Positions 1 to 13,200 of a stretch of DNA of 64,000 bases are shown here, piece by piece. Position 1 is the stretch's first letter, and each line of letters opens with the position of its first letter. Source of the DNA: Octopus sinensis (lineage: Eukaryota); contig NC_042998.1 in assembly GCF_006345805.1 (NCBI RefSeq), positions 112,902,001 through 112,966,000 of the forward strand. The letters run 5' to 3'. The notes beneath the pieces are model-generated. The model saw only the letters and a list, made by a program, of their open reading frames with translations, ran no database searches and was not told the origin of the DNA. The translations under genes were made by a program, and so were the position numbers.

Positions 1-1641
1 ATTTCCAATCCTAACCCTACTGACAGCATCTCTGTAAAGGGCCTGTACAGCTCTTATTAACCATTCGTCAATCCCCAGTTTCTGCATCGCCAACCAGATA
101 AGGGATCAGGGGACCCTGTCAAAGGTTTTCTTCAAATCCACAAAAGCTAAATATAGGGGTTTATCTTTGGCTAGGTATTTCTCCTGCAGTTGCCGTACCA
201 GGAATATAGCATCAGTGGTGCTTCTACCTGGCACAAAACCGAACTGCATCTAATCTAAGCGAACTCTCTCCCTTATTAGTTGGGCTATGACCTTCATCAC
301 CTGATCCAGCAATTAGATACCCCTGTAGTTATTTCTGTCTAAAGCATCACTTTTACCTTTGTAGCAGTTGACTATGGTGCTGCTATGCCAGTCATTGGGT
401 ATGACTCCATCATGAACAACCTGGTTTACAATACAGGTGACTAGGCCAAAGCCCACACCACCAGATGTTTTAAGCATCTCAGTGGTGATTCTTGATGGGC
501 CAGAGGCTTTTCCTGGCTTCATATCTTTAATTGCTTTATCTACCAGGGTGCTGTTTTTTCAGATAGCTGGTCCCTATACTGGACCAACATTTGGCAGGCT
601 CTCCTCCTCCCACTCATTCTCCACATTCAACAGTCTTTCATAATGGCTCCTCCGAGTCTCATTCTTTTCCAAATCATTAAAAGCAAGTGCACCATCATCC
701 ATGCAGACACGTTTTTCTCATGTGACATCACAATTTTCTCTCACGCTGTCTTGCAATACAGAATACTTCAGTTCCTTGGTCCTCACGTCGCTGGACAATG
801 GCAAACTCCTTTTCTGCTTCGCCCTTGGCTATGTATACCTGTCACCCAGCCTCCTTTTTGGCTATCTGGTACAGTTCCCTGCTACCCCCACCCTTCCAAG
901 CCTGTTTCTTTGCTCTGATGGCTTTGTCTACCATATTATTACCCCACCACGTTACTCTAGGTCTGGAAGTCTATGCTGGTGGGTGCATTCCTCACCAGGG
1001 AGGGTCTTTGTATTTAAGAGCAACCCTGCGTCCCGCTGTCTGGTGAGGATGAAATCAATCTGGCAAGCTGAGTCCCCTGACTGATAGGTTATCAAGTGGC
1101 TGTCTGGCTTCCTGAACTTAGTGTTGCAGATTAAAAGGTTACATGTATCACAGAACTCCAGTAGCCTAGTTCCCTCATCGTTCTGGGAACCAATACCATG
1201 GCCCCCATGTACACCAGTAAAGATACCAGATTTCCGCCCAACATGCCCATTAAAATCTCCAGCCACAAAGATGAGGTAGCCTGAGGAAGGGTATCATAGA
1301 AGTGGTCCTTCAGATCATTTGGTAGCTCCGCATGTGGGGCATAGGCGGAGATAATTGTAGCTGTGCTGTTCTGCAGGACTAGCCTGAGCTTAAACACTAT
1401 CGCATACCCTAACAACCTCTATGATTTTATCCACCCATTTCTCTACAAGGAGTATGTCTACACCTCCTACACCATCCATGTTACCTTGCCAGAAGACTTT
1501 ATACCAATGTGCCTTGCATGTGAGGACTCTAGCTGAAGCTCCTCTCCATCTTACCTCTTGTATGCAGCATACATCAACCCATCTCCTTTCAAGCATCTCT
1601 ACAATCTCACTAGACCTACCTTTCAGTGTGCCAAGATTCAC
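1..1641 (-). mobile_element. Degenerate RTE-clade LINE: APE endonuclease and start of RT, internally deleted, runs off the left edge
   Basis: Broken minus-strand frames give NLGTLKGRSSEIVEMLERRWVDVCCIQEVRW, ISAYAP, GDFNGHVG, QIDFIL and KGKSDALDRNNYRGI; frameshifts and stops present. Confidence 0.9.
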
Positions 1642-1739
1642 AAACTGTTTCTATCTACAAAGCTGAGAAAATATCATCCTAACAATTTAAATTACTAAAA
1701 AGTGTAACTTGAAAGTTCTGGCCAGGTTCTGAAAATATT

Positions 1740-2460
1740 CGAGTCATTATAAGTGATGGAGAAAAGTGCTAAATGTTTATAAGCTGAATATTATTGCGAA
1801 CTGCCTTTATTCATATATTATGTTATGTTCATTGTAAAAAGAGCGGCAGGATAGAGTACCTTACATACAAAATAAATTCAAGTGAAAAGCAGGTTCAGAA
1901 CAATCCATGGATTCTCCTTTCATCAAAAGATACTGCTTGAAATATATAAATATAGTGTCATAACAAGAAATTATATGGGTGGTGCTGGTTCCAAAAGTTG
2001 TTTGCTATTATAACACCTATATGGGAGACATTAGTCAAGGTGACATAAGGTTATGTTGAACTTTTAAATATTGAAAAAAAATGATTTTCAGTATCATGAA
2101 CCTTTTAGCAGTAAATGTATATATTTTGTATGGTCAGTATACATTTGAGGTTCAGTCCTCTGAGTGTAATGTTTTGTGGGTGTGGTTGAAACACTAGTCC
2201 AAGAACAAACAGAAGCTAAAGAAGAACCTCAGCATGGCAAAAGAATGTCAGAAATCACTCAAGGAATGAAAATTTCAGATTATTCCTGATTGTAAAAACA
2301 AAGAGTATTGCATTTGCAGCAATCAGAGACTCCCTGGTGGTCAAAGATGATCATGTGCTTAGTGCTACAACTGTAAAAAAAAAAAAAAAAAAGAAGGGCT
2401 TCATGGAAAAGTGTCTACATAAGCACAAGTGCAAAAGAACTGTACTGTTTGCTGACACAG
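1740..2460 (+). mobile_element. Possible highly decayed piggyBac-like transposase remnant
   Basis: Fragments read YK*WRKV, YNTYMGDISQGD and IFSIMNLLAVNVYILY, resembling piggyBac KWWRK, YNxxMGGVD and NAYILY motifs; no intact ORF. Confidence 0.35.
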
Positions 2461-3109
2461 CTGACTCTGAATTCATTATTTTTAAAAGGTTTAGTAAACA
2501 AGATAAATAAACAATATTTTACTGTATTTATACACTGCCAAACTTTACTCAAGTTGATTTTTGTTCAGGACCTTACTGTCATCTATACTTAGCCATACCC
2601 ATTACCTTTAATTTTATTAAGCAAAAACTGTGTTCCATGTTTGGTTTTGAATGTTGCTGGTTAACTGACGAGCTATTTACAGCATAATTATACAACAGAA
2701 GTTGAATAGTTTTGATAGTTTTTGGGTGATTTTGGAAGATGGCAAGCCCTGCAAGAAATCAGAACTTTACTATTCGTACAAATGCTCTTTAGCACACAAG
2801 TGAGCTAATTAGCATAATTAGTTAAATCGTAACTCCCTCTCTCTCTCTCCTTCTCCTGCACCTCCCTCAAGTTGGGTAACCCTGTATTTCCTTTGTAGTA
2901 GCACACCGGTTTCTGTCTTCATTCCTGATCTCTCTCTCTCTCTCTCTTTCCACCGGGTAACCCTGTACCTCCTCTATTGCAAGACACCCATTTCTGTCTC
3001 TGTGCCTCACTATAACCTTTCATCATCTGACACAAGATTGCCTCCTCCAATGTCACCTTTCATCTCAAAAAAAAAAGGGGGGGGGTGTCTTGCAAGTATT
3101 TGGTGACCC

Positions 3110-3389
3110 TATCAGTGCAAGTACCACTTAAAAGCACCCAGTCCTCACTGTAAAGTGATTGGTGTTTGGAAGGGCATCCAGCTGTAAAAACCTTGCCAAA
3201 ACTGACCTCGCCTGTGCTTGTGCCACATAAAAAGCACTAAGTCCACTCTGCTGAGTAGTTGGTGTTAGAAAGGGCATCCAACTGTAAAAATCCTGCCAAA
3301 GCAGTTACATAAGTCTGGTGCAGGCTTCTGCCTGGCCAGCTCTTGTCAAACCGTCCCACCCATGCCAGCATGGAAGGTGGATGTTAAAC

Positions 3390-3423
<34 letters not shown>
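3110..3423 (+). repeat. RTE LINE 3' UTR fragment with (GAT)n tail
   Basis: Family motif ggaagggcatccagctgta...cccatgccagcatggaa...gttaaacg(atg)n recurs at ~5110-5420(-), 5690-5886(+), 12380-12665(+), 14290-14435(+), 15627-15810(-), 20744-20886(-), 22100-22250(+), 24345-24449(+), 53250-53556(+), 57020-57263(+). Confidence 0.85.
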
Positions 3424-3425
<2 letters not shown>

Positions 3426-4020
3426 AATTAACTGAGTTGCCCCATCTGCAAGTTTTAAAAAATCTGTGGTTTATATCACCATTGATTGACAGTTATTTAA
3501 AGTGTACTATTTTGCTGTGTTTTTTGGCTATAGTCAAAAAGACTACATTTCTAAAAGTGTCAAACAATTGGCTAAAATTTTTGCAAGCTGAACATACTGT
3601 TACCTTCCGGGTGAGGAAATCGTTTTCTGAGATCATAATATATGAACCTAGGTACTTAAAATCATGCATACAGTTTAGAATGTTATTACTTAAGGCTTTC
3701 AAAACATTAAACACTAAACAATTTACTGGACTTTACCACTCATCTCACAAACAATTAAACAACATAGGGTAGAATTTGTACTGGTTTAGAGCAAAAAGTG
3801 AGCTAGCATCATTTTTTCATCAAAGACCTCAACCAGCTGGTGGGAAAAGTCATAAGCTCATCTACCCAAATGTTATAACCAGAGATTAAAGAAATGAGGC
3901 GATAGATTTTGGTGAACTGGGAAATTTGTCAACTGGGATCACCAGTACACAATGATGATGATGAGGAGGAGGATGATAGCAAAAGACAGAATACAATTGC
4001 AGATAATTAAAAAGAAATGG

Positions 4021-4026
4021 TTTATT
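4021..4026 (-). promoter_or_regulatory. Candidate polyadenylation signal (AATAAA) of EAF
   Basis: tttatt on + reads AATAAA on -, about 190 nt downstream of the EAF stop codon. Confidence 0.5.
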
Positions 4027-4212
4027 TCATACAATGATGACCTGTTCCTCTGATCTCTAGACCACTATATAACTTCTAGTGATGATAGATGATACAATCA
4101 ACAATGTGAATGCATGAAAAGTGAGATCAATAGAAGAAAGAACACGTGATGACAGTCATTAGAGAAATGTCACAGCCAAAGTTTAGTTAAACAGAGCCAC
4201 ATTCGTGAGGGT

Positions 4213-4256
4213 TCATTCACTGTCACTGCCTGATTCAGTCAAATGTAAGTCTTCAC
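4213..4256 (-). CDS. EAF: EAF coding exon 7 (last): (S)[13 protein letters not shown]
   Basis: Acceptor ttctatttttcaag; conserved EAF C-terminal motif; TGA at 4215-4213. Confidence 0.92.
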
Positions 4257-7200
4257 CTTGAAAAATAGAAAGAGAGAATAAAATATACAATGAGATACAC
4301 TTTCTGGTGGAGGAGGAAGAGGAGGAAGAGGAGGTTGGGGATTCACATAGTTGATAGCAAAAAAAAAAAAAATGGTAACTATCTAGATATTTTATATCAA
4401 TATTTTGTCGTTTTGTTTTCTTTATTTTTCACTGCTACATTTAATGCGCACGAGCCGGGCAATACTGCTAGTATTGTATATGTAAAAAGCCACAAGTACC
4501 TCCACCAACCAAAGGTACCTCCACCAACCAAAGGTCAATGACAATTTGAAATTTTGGGCTGACATCGCATCTCAGTGACATGAGGGCTTTACTTCCAGAA
4601 AGCACAGAACTAAGAGAAAAGTAAAATTAACTGGGGTGGATGTCATCAGAGAAAATATTGACTTCCATAAAGTGGAAAAATTTTGCAGAGTGTTTGTTGT
4701 AAAAAACGAAAAACTGCAAAAGGATATCGAGACCTCATATGGGTTTGTTTTGCAAAATGCCTTTGTGTAAAGGGTGTTTTGGACAGCTTCCTGATAGAAA
4801 TATGGCATAACTATATTTTGTTGTTTGATAGTAATACTATCATGTATTCCTTTCATTTTATTACAAATAATATGTGAAAGTGAGAAATACAGATTAATTT
4901 TCAGTATGTTACACACCTGTATTCACCTTTGCCTCGCCTGTTAATGAGTATTTTTTATTAGATGCATTCTGTTATGTAAATGTATTCATTAAATTGTATA
5001 AGAGTACATAGCCAATGGTATATTGACTAGTTAAAGAGTTTTGTACTTTATTTACAATGAAAATGTTTGAATGAAACAGAGAAAGAATAAAATCTTGTAC
5101 TGATTATATACATCATCATCATCGTTTAACATCCGTTTTCCATGGGTTGGATGGTTCGACCGGGGTCTGGGAAGCCAGGAGGCTGTACCAGGCTCCAGTC
5201 TCATCTGGCAGTGTTTCTACAGCTGGATGCCCTTCCTAACGCCGACCACTCCATGAGTGTAGTGGGTGCTTTTTACGTGCCAGGGGAGGCTGGCAACGGC
5301 CATGATCGGTTGGTGCCTTTTACGTGCCACCAGCACGGAAGCCAGTCAAGGCGGCGCTGGCATCGGTCACATACAGATGGTGCTTTTTACGAGCCACTGG
5401 CACAGCATGCCACCGGCTAATTCAAATTAATCTATCTCATCTTGAAAAGTGGCAAAATTGTTGGCAGTTGACATCTGGGATAATTTTAGTAACAAATCAA
5501 ACAGGTAAGATGCATTAAGAATTTCAAATATAGTGTTTATCCATGTTATTGCTTTTATACCTATTAATTAAATTTACCTGCCCATAAAAGTCAAATTTAA
5601 TCAGCAAGATCAGTTAAAATTACATAACTATAATCCACTGGTAGATAAGCACCCCACTGACAAAATCTCTGCCAGTACTGCCTTACTAGCCCTCATGCTG
5701 GTGGCACATAAAAGCACCCACTACACTCTCGGAGTGGTTGGCGTTAGGAAAGGCATCCAGCTGTAGAAACTCTGCCAGATCAGATTGGAACCTGGTGCAG
5801 CCATCTAGTTCACCAGACCTCAGTCAAATCGTCCAATCCATGCTAGCATGGAAAGCAGACGTTAAACAATGATGATGATGATGATGTAAAAAATTAACTA
5901 AGTTACAAGCAAATATTGAACCTGAATAATTCAAAATAATGTGAACAAATAAGCATTGCATTCGATAGATTAATCTGAACACTAAAGGGTTAAACTAGCT
6001 TCACTACTTGTTGTGGTCTATCATCTCTTTTGTGAAGTCCAGGATCTTCAGATCAGATCTTTTAACAGATAATTTCACTTAGCAACTAACTAATTCATAA
6101 TGTGCCTTGTTAATACATTTTCATTTCTAATACATTCTTATAAGTTTAAATATTATTTCAGTAACTAACATGTACTACCCTTGAACAAAGTACAACTCAA
6201 CTACTTCACAGCTACAGCGATCATAGCAGGAAGGGCACCCAACAACTACTCTAACAATTAACCATCTCTCACACATTGAAGAATGGATGTAAACAGTAAA
6301 AATACTTTTGATAGCTGCATGTTCTTAGCCACTGAGGGAGCTTTTATGTGGTCACTCAAATGGAGAAATAGCAGCCAAACCCCTTTCAAATCATGCCCTA
6401 CCATCTTAAAAAAATGAAGTAAATACTACATGATGTAATCTTAGATATATTATGCAAAAAAAAAGGTAAAGCAGTCACAACTGGAACTCATTTGATCAAC
6501 AACATATCTGAACAGAGCTAAGCTCAGTTTAAATAACAACAACCTATCAAACAGAGTAGGAAGTTCTTTATACAAGCTAGTGAGAAGAGGGGGAGAAGGC
6601 CACAGATGACCTGAATTGTTACAATACAGTGGGAACTGCACACTATGACTGGTGATGGTGATGTTACACTGGGTCATATGTTAGATATACCACTCAAAAT
6701 GAAACTGTGAAGTAAATAAAGAACCTTTTTTCATGTCAGTAAGATACATAAAAGCAAGGAGAGTTAAATGCGTTGGTCAATGTTACACTACAATGACCAT
6801 AATGAATATGAAGGGGTGCTGAAAAGTTCCTGGCTTTGGGTAAAAGAGAATACAGGAGGATCACAACAGATTCCCTTCTTAGATTCACAGACTTATTGCA
6901 GCTGTTGGAAGGTTGGGCCCCCAACCAAGCCTTTCACAATACCCTTAAAGCCATGGACTTTTCAACACCTTCTTGCATATGAAAAAAAAATGAGAATAAA
7001 TTATACTTACTTAACGTACTAAGGTCTTTCGATGGAACATCACATGGAGCAGGAGTATCTGAAGAAAAATATCAAATAAGATTTTAAAAATAGGAAAATA
7101 AACATAATTATTGGCATGAGCAACATACTTAATAAAACACACACGCACACATATGTATCTATTTGGCAAATAAAAATCAACAAAAAGTGGAATGAGTTCA

Positions 7201-10200
7201 CAAACCATGTTACACGCTCGACACTCAGGGAAATGAAAATAGTTAATCTCTAAAATGTTTTGGATATTGTACTTCAGACAGTGCAATAAAAGAGGAGGAA
7301 AGACCAGGAGAAAGTGGAAAATGAAGAAGTAAAAAATTAAAAACAGCAATCCCAGTGAAAGAGGTTTGTCAACTTGCTGGCCACTGACTCACTGAAAGTA
7401 GGGCCAGATTAACCATTTAGCATTTAATGAAGCCCAAATATTCTACTTATTTCATGTTAAAACTGACCAGATCCAACCTTTCATACCTACCTTACAATAT
7501 CATTCTAAAAATATACAGGAGGCCAGAATTTTCACAGTGTGTCATGTTGAGTTAACCTCAGAATTACAACAATGACTCAAATACATTTTAAACACTCAGC
7601 TACTTACACAATAAAGCAATGAGTTGGTAGTTTTGTTTATCAAACAATTGGAATATTCATCCCCAAAACTGACAGAAAATTCAATTTGCTATTGAGTGCA
7701 TTAGTTGTTTGACATGGAAGGAGGTACGATTGTTTAGTTTGTTAACTGGAAAGCCATCAAGCAGTTTCTGAGGAATATCTTTACAAAATTCATCGAATCA
7801 TCAAATTGAAACAATGTTTACCTTTGTTAGGTCCTCCCTCTGAATCAGAGTTGTCTGATTCTGAATCACTAGACACATCACTGCCACTTGATGAAGAACT
7901 ACTACTGCTGCTTTCTGACATGTTATTTGTCAACGCTACTGGAGCACACACATTTAGAGAACTGTTACCATTATCTGGAACAAAACAGAAACAACAAAAT
8001 CTCAACATGTAGTTGAACACAGAAATCTACAAAGTGAACAGTTATTTTGCAGCAAAAGCTAAATATAATACCAGAGTGGAGCCTGGTGCAGCCACTGGCT
8101 CTCCAGACCTCAGTCAAACCGTCCAACCCATGCAAGCATAGAAAACAGATGTTATCGATGATGATGACAATGATGATGATGATGATAATGATGAATACAG
8201 GATAACAGTTAGAAACTAATACAAGTGAGGTAGATTGATACAAGCAATGAAGGAGCCTCTATATGCTGATTAAACCCACATAAAGTAGCCACAAAATCTC
8301 CCTCAAATTCCACCTATTTTATCAAAAAAAAAGGTATGTGTGTGTGTGCGTATGTGAGAGAGAGAGAGAGAGAGAGAGAGAATCGTGATGTCATAGAAGA
8401 GAAATATGTCCGCATGTATGATGGCTCACTTGCATTTAATGAGGCTGCGAAGAGAGAGACTTGGAGATACCACTATACTATGAAAGGTTGCTAAACAAAG
8501 AGAAAGAGAGTCTGCTAAATGTTGACCCAACAAATGGACCAGCTATCCAAATTGACAGTACCTTGGTAGATAAAGCAATTAAGGGTTTGAAGACAGGGAA
8601 AGCCCAGAGGCAAAGTTCAGAGAGCTCCTACCTCTGCTGGTAACAAAGGGCCTCTCACTCAAAGTAAAAGGTAGACTGTATGACACAGGTGTGCAAACAG
8701 CCATGCTATATGGCAGTGAAACATGGGCTGTGACTGCTGAGGACATGTGTAAGCTTGCAAGAAATGAAGCTAGTATTCTCAGCTGGATGTGTCAGTGTAC
8801 ATACATGACAGGGTGTAAGCACCTTAAGAGAAAAGTTGGATATAAGAAGCATCAAATGTGGTGTGCAAGAGAGACGACTGTGCTGGTATGGCTATGTATT
8901 GCATATGGATAAGGACAGCTGTGTGAAAAAGTGTCATGCCCTTACAGTGGAGGAAACCTGTGGAAGCAGTAGACCCAGGAAAACCTGGGATGAGGTGGTG
9001 AAGCACGACCTTCAAACGTTGGGCCTCATGGAGGCAATGACAAGCAACCAAGACCTTTGGAGATATGCTGTGCTTGAGAAGACCTGGCAAGCCAAATGAG
9101 ACTGTAACCATGGCCTATGTCAGTATAGCATAACCGGCACGTTTAAGAGTACCTTTCAATCATTGAGCAACAAACTGTGCTTGAGAAGACCTGCTGAGTC
9201 AAGTGAAATCATTGTTGTGGCTGATGCCAGTACCGTGCCAGTGGCACGTAAAAAGCATCATTTCAGCATGGTCGTTGACAATGCCACCTGACTGGTCCCA
9301 TGCCAATGGCACATAAAAAGCACCATTTAAGCGTGGTCTTTGCCAGTGCCACTTGAATGGCTCCTATGCTGGTGGCACGTAAAAATACCATTCGAGCGTG
9401 GTCGATGCCAGAACCACTTGACTGGCCCTCGTGCTGGTGGCACATAAAAAGCACCCACTACACTCTTGGAGTGGTTGGTATTAGGAAAGGCATCCAGCTG
9501 TAGAAACCATGCCAGTCTTCAGTCAAACCATCCAACCTATGCCAGCATGGGAAGCAGGTTTTTAAATGATGATGATGATGATATGCATATTAGACAATTT
9601 AGACTTAGATATATGATACTGAAATAAAAGAGCTGGTCATTGTTAGAACACCTACAATCATATGTTAGCTGGATGAGGACTGAGTAGAGCCAAGAAAACA
9701 CTAACAAGATAGAGAGAAACAGATGTAAATTAAAGTATATAAAGTAAATAGGTGTGGGGTAAGATGTTTCCTTCCCAAACACATGGTCCCAAGTTCAGTC
9801 CCACTTCATGGCACCTTGGGCCAACCAAAGCCTTGTGAGTGGATTTCATAGATGGATACTGAAAGCTGCACTCATTGCAGACTTATACACAAGCTCCTAC
9901 AGAGGGCTGATTGGGCTATCAGCCCCAAACTGGAGAGAGCAATAGTAATAAAACATTTATTGGTACCCTACCATCTCAGATTAACATCACAGAGTATCAC
10001 ATTTGGAGAATTTTGTGTCACTGTGAAATTTGGTGTACACTGTAAAGAAACAGTGGTTGACAGATAGAATGTAACGTTTATTATTGTAGGTAACAGAGGT
10101 AACTGTCACAAAGTTTTAGTATTAAATTCAAAAAGTTTTGGTCAGTTTTCTGACACAGAATGTCATGTTTAGTATTATAGCTAAGGGAGGTAACTCTTGC

Positions 10201-13200
10201 AAACCGCTTGAAACCTCTCATAGTTGTTCTATTAGCTAGAAATAACAGCCAAATACTCTTACATCAGATCCTAATGCTGGATGTTCAAGAATCAAATGAA
10301 GGTCAGATTTTCAATCTCGGGATCATCCTGATTCCAAGACCTTTATATAGACCAAAATGTAGACTGAGATACAGGAATCCCAGAGGGACAGACAGAATAT
10401 CACTTTTATTTATATAAATGTGTATGTATGTGTGCATGTGTGTGGTGTGTGTGTGTGTATGTGTCTCCCACCACTGCTTGACAACTCGTGTTGTGTTTGT
10501 ACCCCTATAACTTTGCAGTTCTCAAGAGAGACTGATGGAATAAGTACCAGAGTTGATTCATTCAACTAAAAATTCATCAAGGCAGTGCCCCGACATGGCC
10601 ATAGTCTAATGACCAAAACAAGCAAAAGATGAAAGATAAATAGGATAGTGAATTCCAAATAAACGTTTATATATCTCACACAAACATGACAGATATAACT
10701 GCTGGATGTTTCATAACTCGGAGTTTCCATTTATGGAAAGGCAATAAGCCTGCTTCATTCTTTAGTCAGATCAAATGGACAAAGCAGAAATTAGTTGTTT
10801 AGCTCAGGAGAACAGCTTAATATCTAACATAAACACAAAAGCACAAACTGACCTCAGTAAATGACTAATACTTTATTCTGTTGATACCAGAAGGGTGAAA
10901 GACAAAGTTCACATAGAGAGTACAATATAATTACACCAGTAAGATCTGAATTTACAATAATGTAAAATTAGTCTGGCAGCATCAATCTCACACTCACTTA
11001 AAATGGCTATATTTGGCCTAAATGTTCTACCCATTTTATGTTCAAGCCAGCCAGATTTGGCCTCTCACACTTACCCTGCAATGTTATTCTAAAAATAAAC
11101 AATCACATCATTGAAATCTTGAAGCTACAAAATAATGCAGGACTAATTCAAAACAATGTAAATAAATAAGTATCACATTTGACAGAGTAATCTGAATGAC
11201 TCATTAGCTCTTTCCACAATTAAAATTTGCCTCACAAATATGATATCATCTTACTTATGTTCCCATTATCTTTATTATAAGAGGGTGAGTCAGACAGTTA
11301 TGCAAATAAAAAATTGTATTACTTTCTGATTCACTGACATATGTACACTTTTCATGGAAAAGATTGGACAAATCCTTCCTACAACTAACCATTTAACTGT
11401 GAAATGCATAGGTAGCTGTGTTAATCAGATATAACCCTCATTTTATGGTTGAAACACAGAAAGCAGAATCAGAGCATTGGTAACATAACATAATGACTGA
11501 TGTGAGATTTGTACAACTACCTATGATGCCAGTATTGTAGCTGGTTAAAGTTGCAAATCAGTTACATAGTACAATGTCATCAATGTTTTCAGTTTTTTTT
11601 AACATCCACTTCTCGATACTAGTATGGGTTGGACAAGATGGATTTTCTATGGCTGGATGCTTTTCTGTCACCAACCCTAACCTTTTTCTAAGTAAAGCAA
11701 TATTTCCCCATGAACAAGACATATTTTCACAGAAGACAGAAAATAAAAGATACTGCCTGCATTATTGTGTTACTCACACACAACTATTATGCAACATCAA
11801 GATAAGGAGACACAAGCATACACATACATCATTTATCATTTCATTTTAACATCCACTTTTCCATGCTTGCATGGATCAGATAGAATTTATTAAGGCAGAC
11901 TGTCTATGGTTGGATGCCCTTGCCATCACCAACCCTCACTTGTTACCAACCAAGATAATACCTCCTCATAACCAGACATGTTTTCACAGTATACTGGAAA
12001 TGAATGACACTGCTTGTATGACAGTGACAATGACTTACAACTACACATGATGTCAAGAGAAGGAGACACAAATATACACAAACATACATATATTGGGTCT
12101 TCCCATAAATAATGTGGTTTATTCAATTGCACAAGCTAAAAGATAGAGGGGGATGGGATAAGCTACCTGCATCAACTTGCTATAAAAGCAGGTAGTAATT
12201 TTACCTTGTCCTTATTCTTAGTGCAAGTTTTGAAGAGTGCAGTTTGATTCTAACAGTTACTTTTTCAAAGCTATAATAGAAGAAATAAAGGAGCATATTC
12301 GGCATATTTTGCTTTATGGATTCAATAAAGGCAACAATGCAACAGAAAGTGCAAGGAATATTAATGCAGTAACAAGGTCACTGCCAGTGCCGCTGGACTG
12401 ACTCCTGTGCAGGTGGCATGTAAAAAACACATTTGAGCATGGCCGTTGCCAGTACCGCCTGACTGGCCCTCATGCTGGTGGCACGAAAAGCACCCATTAT
12501 ACTTTCGGAGTGGTTGGCATTAGGAAGGGCATCCAGCTGTAGAAACTCTGCCAGATCGAGATTGGAGCCTTGTGCAGCCATCTGGTTCGCCAGTCCTCAG
12601 TCAAATCGTCCAACCCATGCTAGTATGGAAAGCGGACGTTAAACAATGATGATGATGATGATGATGGAGATGGAGATCAGACAATAAGCATAAGCCAGTG
12701 TCAACAATGATTCCAAAATTCTGAACCAAAAACTACAGCCTAGAAGACAAGCCTCATCCTGGAAGATCTTTAGAACTTGACGAGGATGTCCTGCAAACCC
12801 TGGTGGAACAAAATCCCATCATAACCATTGAAGAACTAGCAGAGAAGCTTGGATCTGGTCATTCAACCAGTCATTCAAGACAGCACTAAAAGAAAAACGA
12901 CCATCTTTGGTTGCAAGATGAAAGGTGTTCTTCCATCAGGATAATGTTTGGCCACATACATCAAGGATGATATTCCAAAGCTGGATCAATTTAAATGAGA
13001 AATGATGCCCCATCCACCATAATCGATGGACAGTGACCCATCTGATTATCATTTATTCTGCATTCTTCAAAATCATTTGGACAGAAAAAAATATGAATTC
13101 TGTAGATGAGGTCAGTACAGTACTCGAGGAGTATTTTTTGTCACGGACAAGTAAATTTTGGAAGAGGAGCCTTGCCAGTCTACTAGATAGATGGAAGAGC

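Noticed and set aside
4495-4534. 19-bp direct repeat gtacctccaccaaccaaag x2
   Set aside because: Simple local tandem duplication in an intron with no further structure.
9230-9460. CRISPR-like array of palindromic repeats
   Set aside because: The intervening segments resemble each other rather than being unique spacers, there are no cas genes, and the context is a eukaryotic LINE 3' UTR.
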